Shown: positions 24,423 through 31,920, counted from the first letter of the stretch. The stretch is DNA of 32,000 nucleotides from an uncultured Alphaproteobacteria bacterium (GCA_963931495.1 OZ007020.1:630001-662000), one strand, 5' to 3'. Notes: generated by a model from the sequence alone, not told the origin. Program-made: numbers and translations.

Positions 24423-25160
24423 ATGCATGATTGTATGTGTCCAGGACACGATGTCCATGATATGCCCCAAATGCCACTGATTGGTGATGTGGCACCAGAA
24501 TTTGTGGCAAATACGACAAATGGCACGGTAAAATTTCCGTCTGATTATGCGGGGCGATGGGTGATTTTGTTTTCACATCCGGCGGACTTTACACCCGTGT
24601 GCACCACAGAATTTATCGCGTTTCAAAATATGATTGATAAATTTCATGAACTGAATACCGATATTATCGGATTGTCTGTTGGAACACTGACGGGGCATCT
24701 GGCATGGATAGATGCAATTCGCAATATTAAATACAACAGCGAAAACGGTACAGAGATTACTTTTCCAATTATTGATGATATGAATATGGATGTTGCACGT
24801 AAGTACGGCATGATTCATCATAATGCATCTGATGCAAAAACAGTACGGGCGGTGTTTATAATTGATACACATGGAATCATTCGTGCGATTTTATATTACC
24901 CGTTAACCACAGGACGTAATTTTAACGAAATTTTGCGGATGGTGGTGGCATTGCAAACAACAGATGCGTTTCATATATCAACGCCGGCGGATTGGCAACC
25001 GGGCGACGATGTGGTCGTTTCTGCGCCATCAACAGTTGCGGAAATGCGTGCCCGTACAGGAAATAAACGCCCAGGAATGGATGTCAAAGCATGGTTTTTA
25101 ACGTTGCAAAAACTATCGGCTGATTCAATTATGAAAAAATTGATAAAAAAACAGAAATAA
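24423..25160 (+). CDS. peroxiredoxin (Prx6-like 1-Cys type, AhpC/TSA family) with short His/Cys-rich N-terminal extension
   Basis: WVILFSHPADFTPVCTTE peroxidatic-Cys motif. An AAGGA SD supports ATG 24423, which gives the extra MHDCMCPGHDVHD. Confidence 0.85.
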   Translation: MHDCMCPGHDVHDMPQMPLIGDVAPEFVANTTNGTVKFPSDYAGRWVILFSHPADFTPVCTTEFIAFQNMIDKFHELNTDIIGLSVGTLTGHLAWIDAIRNIKYNSENGTEITFPIIDDMNMDVARKYGMIHHNASDAKTVRAVFIIDTHGIIRAILYYPLTTGRNFNEILRMVVALQTTDAFHISTPADWQPGDDVVVSAPSTVAEMRARTGNKRPGMDVKAWFLTLQKLSADSIMKKLIKKQK

Positions 25161-25168
25161 AATTTGCC

Positions 25169-25513
25169 TTAAAATACCAATGGGAAATCGCGAATATCCA
25201 TCGGTACGCCGTCGCGTTCAGGATTCCATTGGTATTCATCCATACGAACGCGTTTGTCACGGGTGAATTTTACCCCTTCGGATTTCAGGGCCTTGTATTG
25301 TTGTTCAAAGAATCCGGGACCACACAGACTGCCATCTTTGAATACAACGCGATGCCATGGCAAATGCCAACTGTTTTTATTATTGGATGCATATCCCACA
25401 AATCGTGCCATGCGTGGCCGGCCAATCATACGTGCAATTTGACCAAACGTTGCCACCCGCCCCGCAGGAATTCGTGCAACAATATCATAAACTTGTTCAT
25501 TAAATGATTTCAT
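25169..25513 (-). CDS. alkyltransferase-like protein (ATL; MGMT-family DNA-binding domain without the acceptor Cys)
   Basis: RIPAGRVATFGQIA helix-turn-helix, and PWHRVV in place of the PCHRV active site, as in E. coli YbaZ/Atl. The start choice (ATG 25513) is uncertain; the raw ORF starts at TTG 25549. Confidence 0.8.
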   Translation of the reverse strand: MKSFNEQVYDIVARIPAGRVATFGQIARMIGRPRMARFVGYASNNKNSWHLPWHRVVFKDGSLCGPGFFEQQYKALKSEGVKFTRDKRVRMDEYQWNPERDGVPMDIRDFPLVF

Positions 25514-25590
25514 ATGGACAATATTGTACCGCATTACAGAAAAAATCAAATTCTTTTTGTTTTTGACGCCGCATATGAGTGAAATAAAAA

Positions 25591-26160
25591 CTAATATGAT
25601 GTTGTTCGGGCTGTCCAGCCGTGTCGCGCCGTTGGCCAGTTTGGCATTGTTTGTAATGATTGTATTCTGTTGTCTATCAGTGATTTCATGAAATCATTTA
25701 TTTTGCTGTCTGGAATTGCATTTAATGCAGTTATCGTTCGTTTACCCAAGTGTCCTGTTTCAGGTAATTCAGTGTGCATTTGTTCATTTAACGTTCGTTG
25801 GATTGTTTTTGTTGGAATGATTGGACCACTCATGACGCACATGTCAAATACAGCATTTCGTATACGTGGGTTGTTTATTTGCGGTATGTTCGTGTTATCC
25901 CAATATTCAGTCTTGTATATTTCGCGTGCTTGTTCTGGGGTTAAATTTTTTACGTCGGATGGCATATTTGATTCTGGGTGGTGTGCAGCATAACTGTTCA
26001 TGGTGCTTTGTGTAATGCCCATATTGGTTGGTTCGTCATCAATTTGATTGCTGCCATCGGTATAGCCACCTTCGCGTTCAGCAAGTTTTTTATAAGCAAT
26101 GTCAAAGTTTTTGTCGTTGATGGCGGAATCTGGACGGATGTTATTTTGGGTATTCATGGT
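25591..26160 (-). CDS. GH108-family muramidase with PG_binding_3-like C-terminal domain
   Basis: LAEREGGYTD (the catalytic EGG motif region), YKTEYWD and VFDMCVMSGP blocks. The start is placed at ATG 26160 (AGGAAAATACC-ATG SD); the longer ORF to 26241 would run through two terminator hairpins. Confidence 0.7.
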   Translation of the reverse strand, partial: TMNTQNNIRPDSAINDKNFDIAYKKLAEREGGYTDGSNQIDDEPTNMGITQSTMNSYAAHHPESNMPSDVKNLTPEQAREIYKTEYWDNTNIPQINNPRIRNAVFDMCVMSGPIIPTKTIQRTLNEQMHTELPETGHLGKRTITALNAIPDSKINDFMKSLIDNRIQSLQTMPNWPTARHGWTARTTSY

Positions 26161-26177
26161 ATTTTCCTGGTGTGAAT

Positions 26178-26200
26178 CAAAAAATCCCGCATTGCGGGAT
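26178..26200 (-). terminator. intrinsic terminator T2 in the leader of the GH108 gene
   Basis: The minus strand reads AUCCCGC-AAU-GCGGGAU followed by UUUUUUGA. Confidence 0.7.
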
Positions 26201-26225
26201 AAAAAACAGACGCAGTGCATGCGTC
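26201..26225 (-). terminator. intrinsic terminator T1 in the leader of the GH108 gene
   Basis: The minus strand reads GACGCA-UGCAC-UGCGUC followed by UGUUUUUU. Confidence 0.65.
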
Positions 26226-26240
26226 CGATTATTGTGGGCA

Positions 26241-26269
26241 ATTATATCATAAATCGGGCAAAGTTTCAA
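26241..26269 (-). promoter_or_regulatory. sigma-70-type promoter between the tRNA terminator and T1/T2
   Basis: Minus strand TTGAAA (26269-26264), 17-nt spacer, TATAAT (26246-26241). Confidence 0.5.
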
Positions 26270-26293
26270 TAAAAAATACCGCGGATGCGGTAT
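26268..26293 (-). terminator. intrinsic terminator after tRNA-Ser(CGA)
   Basis: The minus strand reads AUACCGC-AUCC-GCGGUAU followed by UUUUUUAUU, beginning 6 nt after the tRNA CCA end. Confidence 0.75.
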
Positions 26294-26299
26294 GATTCC

Positions 26300-26389
26300 T
26301 GGCGGAGACGAAGGGATTTGAACCCTTGATACGGTTGCCCGTATATACGATTTCGAGTCGCACGCATTCAACCACTCTGCCACGTCTCC
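26300..26389 (-). tRNA. tRNA-Ser (anticodon CGA), CCA encoded
   Basis: Hand-folded cloverleaf: acceptor GGAGACG/CGUCUCC, anticodon loop CUCGAAA, long variable arm AUACGG-GCAA-CCGUAU, T arm AAGGG-UUCAAAU-CCCUU, G plus CCA. Confidence 0.9.
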
Positions 26390-26400
26390 GAATGTGTGTG

Positions 26401-26428
26401 ATTATACAGATTTCGTTTTTATTTGCAA
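26401..26428 (-). promoter_or_regulatory. consensus-like promoter for tRNA-Ser(CGA)
   Basis: Minus strand TTGCAA (26428-26423), 16-nt spacer, TATAAT (26406-26401). Confidence 0.7.
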
Positions 26429-26616
26429 GTGATTTTGACCTTGCATAAAGCAATATATATTTTTGTAGTGGTAATGATATGACGAGTTGTCATATTGGGC
26501 TTCACAACCCTTTAACCAGCGTCGGTGACGACGATAATTATCTCCAATCGTACAGGTTGGAGTGCGGTTAATATATTGAATACCCGCGCAATTCTGGTTA
26601 ATTGTTGTGAAATTCC

Positions 26617-26650
26617 AACCACCAAATATTAATTGGTGGTTTTGTTTTTG
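26617..26650 (+). terminator. plus-strand intrinsic terminator with no annotated upstream plus-strand gene
   Basis: AACCACCAA-AUAUUAA-UUGGUGGUU (9 bp) followed by UUGUUUUUG. It ends 18 nt before the OMP gene ATG. The reverse complement has no U-tract. Confidence 0.65.
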
Positions 26651-26668
26651 TAACCAAGGGGGTATCAA

Positions 26669-27337
26669 ATGAAAAAAATAATATTAACCAGCATATGCGC
26701 ATTTGGACTGGTCGGAACGGCGTGGGCAGAAACGGCGCCAACATCGGAATTACCAATAAAGGTATTTGCTGGGGCAAATGTGGCAATGACAATGCCAGTA
26801 TGGTCAAACGATGTGAATGATATGATGGACCAAATAAACACAGAATTGCCAGGATTAAATTTGGGATTGGGTGCCGAAGCCGGTATAAAATTTGGCGTCA
26901 CCGATAAAATATATAATTTCGGATTAAGTATTGCGTATGATTATATGTTTGATTCTGCCGCAAATATTGGTTATCCATACAATCAATTAGTATCTGAAAT
27001 AAGCACCGGTTTTTCCGCCATCGGCATTTATTTTGATAATTATATCAAATTTGCTGATAACGCCGGAAAACGCAGTGATTTAGTTTTAGGAATTGGCTAT
27101 ACAAATGGTACGGAACGCATTCAAATGACCACAACACAATTAGGCTATACATATGGATTAAGCACAATTGATAGTGATGATTCTGGGTCATTTGTCGGGT
27201 TAAAAATCGGATACTTGCAACAAATTACATCAAACTTAGATTTTTCGGCTATGTTACGTATATTTATACCGACTGTAAGCGAAGGTGATTTAGATTCTAT
27301 ATTCAATGTAAGTGCCGGAATTAGATATAATTTCTGA
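26669..27337 (+). CDS. small outer-membrane beta-barrel protein (OMP_b-brl / OmpW-OmpA-like class)
   Basis: Signal peptide MKKIILTSICAFGLVGTAWA, alternating hydrophobic beta-strand pattern, and a C-terminal GIRYNF with terminal Phe. AAGGGGG SD. Confidence 0.75.
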   Translation: MKKIILTSICAFGLVGTAWAETAPTSELPIKVFAGANVAMTMPVWSNDVNDMMDQINTELPGLNLGLGAEAGIKFGVTDKIYNFGLSIAYDYMFDSAANIGYPYNQLVSEISTGFSAIGIYFDNYIKFADNAGKRSDLVLGIGYTNGTERIQMTTTQLGYTYGLSTIDSDDSGSFVGLKIGYLQQITSNLDFSAMLRIFIPTVSEGDLDSIFNVSAGIRYNF

Positions 27338-27338
27338 T

Positions 27339-27364
27339 AAACAACGCCCATTTGGGCGTTGTTT
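27339..27364. terminator. 12-bp perfect hairpin between the convergent OMP and amiC genes (no U-tract on either side)
   Basis: AAACAACGCCCA-TT-TGGGCGTTGTTT. It overlaps the amiC stop codon. Confidence 0.45.
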
Positions 27365-28514
27365 ATACATCAAAATTGTATGCCTTGACAGATTTGACGA
27401 TGGCGGCGACCAGTTTATCCTGGTGCGATGATGTTTTTAACAGTTTTTCTTCGCTGGCATTAGACAGGTGACCCAATTCAATCAATGCGCCCGGCACGGT
27501 TGAACGCAATACCGCAAATGGCGCATGGCGCACATCGGGCCCCGGTTGTTGCGTTATGTTGGCGCGCTTGAACGCCGACGCACAACCATTTGCATATTCC
27601 ACAGACAATTCGGCAACCGCGTGTTGCTGTAACGACGACAGTGCAATACGAATGTCTTTGTCAAATTGTTCAAATCCACTGACATCAATTTTATCGGCGG
27701 CGTTTTCTGCATCGGCCAGTTTGGCGGCCTCTTCATCTGATGCCTTTTCAGACAATGTGTATACTGAAAAACCCTTCATAGAACGGCTGGGGTTCGCATT
27801 GGCATGCAAAGACAAGAATAAGTCAGCATGTTTCTTTTCACCAATTGATGCACGTTGCGCCAATTTCAGATATGTATCATTACTGCGCGTTAAATATGTT
27901 TGGAATCCTGCGGCATCCAGTTTGTTTTTTAATTTCTTTGCAACCGATAATACGACCGTTTTTTCTTGGGTTCCGCCCTTGCCAATGCATCCGGGGTCCT
28001 TGCCCCCATGGCCGGCATCAATTACAACAACATATTTACGCGATGGCTGCGCGCTGGTTTGTTTTTGGGTTGTTGTTGTCGCCACTGTGCCAGATGCCGC
28101 CGTAAAATCCAGCACCAATCGGTATTCATTATCACCGTTTGGCGATAACAGCATTATGTTATCGCGTGGAATTTCATTTATTGGGCGTGCCAAATCAGCA
28201 ATTATCTTTAATGTGTCGCCGGATTGCACCTGGGTAATAGAGTTAATCAGGGTCCCCGATGCCATTTGTGGTGCCAATTTTGCATTTGCCGATGTATTAT
28301 TTAATGTAACAACGATTTGATTCGTCGGATACGATACAGAATATGACGGCCGTGCCGATGTTTCAATTACCAATCGCGTTTTGTTACCCGGCTGAATCCC
28401 GGTACGAACATTGCGTAATGCGTTGCGGGCGGCAAATGCCACACGCGGCAAAACCGCCACAATAACCGCCGTTAATCCGGATATTTTCAAAACATCGCGT
28501 CTGGTTAGTTTCAT
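27363..28514 (-). CDS. amiC: N-acetylmuramoyl-L-alanine amidase, Tat-exported, AMIN + Amidase_3 domains
   Basis: Twin-arginine signal MKLTRRDVLKISGL...AFA, then an AMIN-like N-domain, then VVVIDAGHGGKDPGCIG and LSLHANA amidase_3 motifs. Confidence 0.85.
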   Translation of the reverse strand: MKLTRRDVLKISGLTAVIVAVLPRVAFAARNALRNVRTGIQPGNKTRLVIETSARPSYSVSYPTNQIVVTLNNTSANAKLAPQMASGTLINSITQVQSGDTLKIIADLARPINEIPRDNIMLLSPNGDNEYRLVLDFTAASGTVATTTTQKQTSAQPSRKYVVVIDAGHGGKDPGCIGKGGTQEKTVVLSVAKKLKNKLDAAGFQTYLTRSNDTYLKLAQRASIGEKKHADLFLSLHANANPSRSMKGFSVYTLSEKASDEEAAKLADAENAADKIDVSGFEQFDKDIRIALSSLQQHAVAELSVEYANGCASAFKRANITQQPGPDVRHAPFAVLRSTVPGALIELGHLSNASEEKLLKTSSHQDKLVAAIVKSVKAYNFDV

Positions 28515-28522
28515 GTCAGTAT

Positions 28523-28551
28523 ATTATATCAAAAAATCGGATGGTATTCAA
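28523..28551 (-). promoter_or_regulatory. promoter 8 nt upstream of the amiC ATG (leaderless arrangement)
   Basis: Minus strand TTGAAT (28551-28546), 17-nt spacer, TATAAT (28528-28523), then AUACUGAC and ATG. No SD. Confidence 0.5.
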
Positions 28552-28563
28552 GCAATCCCAGGA

Positions 28564-28589
28564 ATAAAAATGCCCACCGCATGGTGGGC
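28564..28589 (-). terminator. intrinsic terminator after the 420-aa secreted-protein gene
   Basis: The minus strand reads GCCCACC-AUGC-GGUGGGC followed by AUUUUUAUU. Confidence 0.75.
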
Positions 28590-28596
28590 GTATGTT

Positions 28597-29859
28597 TTAT
28601 TGACTGATACAACTGGCAAACATTTGCGAAATCAAATTAGATTCTTGGGTTGTTAATTGTTGTACCGGTACGATATAGCATCGTGCACTGTCGCGGATAA
28701 TAAACACCTTGGTTCCGCGGGTGTACGCTGTTTGCATATTTGCCAATTGTGCCGTTGTTAAAAACGCATTTTGCGTTGTGGACGGGTTGCTCATTGCCGC
28801 CTGGACCAATTGATATGCCGTGGCATAGTCATATACATTGGACATGACAGATACATCCATATATAAACTCTGATTTTCATATGGATTTTCAACGACCGGT
28901 GCCGTGGATGGGAATGCCACGCCTGTTGCCAATGCAGCGACGGTTTGCAGTGTTGATGGCTGACCGCTGGATGACGATGTTGATTGCGACGCTGTGTTAA
29001 TTTGCAAGTCGTCACCACATGCCAAATTCATTCGGTTAGTATAACTGGCCAATACAGAATCAACCGCGGTTTGCCAATCTTCGCCCTTTTCATTCATTTC
29101 CAAGTTTAATATTTTTTCGGCCCATCCCCATATGTTTGCGCCAACGTTACCGGCGTTCGCGAAACGGGTTACCATTTCTGCCGATCCGCCCGGTACCCCG
29201 GCGCCACATGCGTCGGTTAACATCGTTGTTAACATGCTGGTTGTTTCATTGCCATATGCCAATGCCACAGAATGGCATGCCATGGCCGCTTCTAATTCTT
29301 GGCGGCGTTGCAGGCACAGGTCAGAATGTGATTTTGATAATTCATCGGCCATATTCGCCATGGACAGATACGACATCACTTCCTGTTGTACATATGGTGG
29401 ACACAGGCGTGCGGCCGTATTCTGGCCACCGGCCCCGGTACGTGTACCCGTGTTGTATTGTGGCAGCAACACCGATGTATCACGTTGCAGGCACAACATG
29501 GCATAGTTATACAATTCACTTTCTGTGGCGTATTGGCAACGGCCGGTACGTTGACCCGGCACAACCGTAACATCGCCACAGTATTCCACCAGGCAATTAA
29601 AAATCTTTTCCCGACACGCGGTGTCCACATCAGGTTGGGTCACCATGTAGTATGTATTACGCTGATTTGTTTGGTATGCATTTGCCAAGCTTTGGTATCC
29701 GCGACCCGCAGATGTCGTACTGGTGCCGGTGTTTGTGTACCCATTGGTTAATCCACGTTGCACAGAATCTGTGGCGGTTGTCCCCGCCGATACCGCCAAC
29801 GCCGGCGCAGCGCATGCAATCGCCGCCATAAAACCAAACGCAAAAAATACTTTTTTCAT
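28597..29859 (-). CDS. secreted cysteine-rich protein of unknown function (420 aa)
   Basis: Signal peptide MKKVFFAFGFMAAIACAAPALA, a T/S/G/N/Q-rich N-terminal region, and 12 Cys in the mature part. GAGAGGGAA SD. No family recognised. Confidence 0.7.
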   Translation of the reverse strand: MKKVFFAFGFMAAIACAAPALAVSAGTTATDSVQRGLTNGYTNTGTSTTSAGRGYQSLANAYQTNQRNTYYMVTQPDVDTACREKIFNCLVEYCGDVTVVPGQRTGRCQYATESELYNYAMLCLQRDTSVLLPQYNTGTRTGAGGQNTAARLCPPYVQQEVMSYLSMANMADELSKSHSDLCLQRRQELEAAMACHSVALAYGNETTSMLTTMLTDACGAGVPGGSAEMVTRFANAGNVGANIWGWAEKILNLEMNEKGEDWQTAVDSVLASYTNRMNLACGDDLQINTASQSTSSSSGQPSTLQTVAALATGVAFPSTAPVVENPYENQSLYMDVSVMSNVYDYATAYQLVQAAMSNPSTTQNAFLTTAQLANMQTAYTRGTKVFIIRDSARCYIVPVQQLTTQESNLISQMFASCISQ

Positions 29860-29983
29860 GGTAATATTCCCTCTCGTTTAGAAAAATTTTAACATATTGG
29901 TAAAAAAAAGGCAATCATTCATTTTACATTATAAAGTACAAAAATGTTGATTTAGACAAATATATCGGCAATAATCGCCTGTG

Positions 29984-31058
29984 ATGATTATGCCAAATGA
30001 ACTTTTAGCCCAGATTTCCGACGACATTTCTGCCGTCAGGGGGTTTCTTTGACCCAGAAAAATTACAGAATCAAATTGACGCATTGGTCGTTCAATCAAA
30101 TGACCCAGAATTATGGAGCAACCCTGACAATGCGCGCAGTGTGTTGCAAAAAAAATCTGGCCTGGAACGGTCGTTAAGCGAATTACGTAAACTAGAATCA
30201 GATTATGCAACATTATCTGAACTGTACGCGATTGCCCCAGATGATAAAGATGTAATTAATGAAATAGAAAATCTGGCCAATGCCGCGCACCAGGCGAAAT
30301 TCATAACGCTGTTTCGGGAACCGGCGGATGAAAATAATGCGTTCCTGTTTATCCAGGCGGGCGCCGGTGGAACCGAAGCCCAAGATTGGGCACAAATGCT
30401 GGCGCGTATGTATGCACGATGGGCCGAACGCCATGGATTTTCGTGTGATGTTATTGAAGAACATCCTGGCGATACGGCTGGTATTAAAAACATAACATAT
30501 CGTATTGTTGGAAATCGTGCATATGGGTGGTTAAAAAATGAAATTGGTGTTCATCGTCTGGTGCGTATTTCGCCGTTTAATGCAAATGGCAAACGTCAAA
30601 CAAGTTTTGCATCAGTGGATGTATGGCCGGATGTTGATGATTCTATACACATTGAAATAAATGACAAAGATTTACGCATTGATACATATCGGTCGTCTGG
30701 GGCCGGCGGACAACATGTTAACAAAACAGACAGCGCGGTGCGCATAACACATCTGCCAACGGGGGTTGTTGTTACATGTCAAAATGAACGCAGTCAAATT
30801 CAAAACAAAGAAATGGCGATGAAAATGTTGCGCAGCCGTTTGTATGAACTGGAATTACAGAAACGCGCCGAAGCAGAAAATGCCGCCCTGGCCCAGCAAA
30901 AGAAAATTGAATGGGGCAGCCAAATCCGCAACTATGTTTTATACCCGTATCAATTGGTCAAAGATGTTCGCACTGGTGTTGAAAAAACTGATTCTGGGGC
31001 GGTTTTAGATGGCGATTTGGATGATTTTATGTTGGCCTGTTTGCAACGAAATCAATAA
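29984..31058 (+). CDS. prfB: peptide chain release factor 2, with programmed +1 frameshift at 30050
   Basis: Frame 0 reads (M)MIMPNELLAQISDDISAVRGFL and stops at TGA 30050-30052. The +1 frame continues DPEKLQNQIDALVVQSNDPELW into the 324-aa ORF carrying SPF (RISPFNA) and GGQ (SSGAGGQHVNKTDSAV). The start could be 29981, 29984 or 29990. Confidence 0.9.
30038..30053 (+). promoter_or_regulatory. RF2 autoregulatory frameshift site
   Basis: AGGGGG-TTT-CTT-TGA-C has the same elements and spacing as the classical E. coli prfB site (internal SD, CUU slippery codon, UGA C). Confidence 0.9.
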
Positions 31059-31095
31059 TTCCTGCTTGTTAAATAAATAATAAAAATTAATCAGA

Positions 31096-31920
31096 ATGCG
31101 TTCACACATAAAAATGTCAAAAACAGAAAATATTTTTTCAATCGTTCGCAGTGTTATGCCGTATGCGTATGACATTCGTTATCCGAATATACCCGGATGT
31201 TTGAACAGTGTTGCTATTGCGCGTTCAAAACATGGTGAATTTGTGTTCAAGATAAATCATCATGACATGGCGAATAAAAATGCGGTGGTTTCGGAATTAT
31301 TGAACGATGGCGGAATACATGTTCCGCACGTAACTGTGCATACGTATAACGCAACGTGTTTTGAAAAGTACCGAATTATCCCAGGTCGCACATTATACGA
31401 ATGCATGGGTGACATGTCATATGAACAAATTCATGCGATATATGCCTGTGTCGTCAGAAACTTTGCCAAGATGTCGCGTATTGATTGGACAGCGGTAAAA
31501 GATATGCCGTGCAAATATATGCACCAGGTTGCGAAATATAATGTTTCTGATGTTAATAATCCTGTTATGGGAAAATTGTTTTCTGGGGCGGTTCGGGCCA
31601 TGAACATGGGGAACGCGGACGATATTGGATTGTATCATTGTGGGCTGACCCCGGAAAATATCATCGTTGATAACGATGGACATTTTTCCGGTATCGTTGA
31701 TTTAGACGAAGTCGCGATATCAAATCAAAATTATGCATTTGCAATTATGGCGGCAAAATATCAAAAAATGGGTTTTGATAGTTCTGAATTAATAGATTAC
31801 TATGAAAAAATCAGCAATAAAAAACTTAATCGTCATCATATTGATACCATGTGCAACATAACCAATGTTGGTAAATACTTGATGTGGCGCATGTCGCATA
31901 TTCGTGGCAATACGAAATAG
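31096..31920 (+). CDS. aminoglycoside/choline-kinase-like (APH/protein-kinase-like fold) protein with non-canonical catalytic loop
   Basis: FVFKI (beta3 Lys), catalytic-loop-like LYHCGLTPENIIVD and metal-binding IVDLDE. The start may be ATG 31111 (MSKTEN). Confidence 0.6.
   Translation: MRSHIKMSKTENIFSIVRSVMPYAYDIRYPNIPGCLNSVAIARSKHGEFVFKINHHDMANKNAVVSELLNDGGIHVPHVTVHTYNATCFEKYRIIPGRTLYECMGDMSYEQIHAIYACVVRNFAKMSRIDWTAVKDMPCKYMHQVAKYNVSDVNNPVMGKLFSGAVRAMNMGNADDIGLYHCGLTPENIIVDNDGHFSGIVDLDEVAISNQNYAFAIMAAKYQKMGFDSSELIDYYEKISNKKLNRHHIDTMCNITNVGKYLMWRMSHIRGNTK

Noticed and set aside
25591-26241. Long form (216 aa) of the GH108 ORF, and likewise the long form of tmk (16679..17401)
   Set aside because: The N-terminal extensions would be encoded by terminator hairpins and U-tracts (T1/T2, and the rpoD terminator respectively). 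Internal ATGs with good SD sequences (26160 and 17365) give proteins that begin where homologs begin.
25169-26389. Possible prophage remnant or genomic islet integrated at tRNA-Ser(CGA), given the phage-type GH108 lysozyme and ATL directly downstream of the tRNA 3' end
   Set aside because: There is no integrase, no other phage genes, and no direct repeat of the tRNA 3' end in the following ~1.2 kb. The only similar string (CTGGCGG at ~21828) is 8 nt long and near the other tRNA-Ser.
26479-26571. 30-codon plus-strand mini-ORF MTSCHIGLHNPLTSVGDDDNYLQSYRLECG upstream of the orphan terminator
   Set aside because: It has no convincing SD or promoter and is too short to evaluate. It is kept only as one possible explanation within the orphan-terminator finding.
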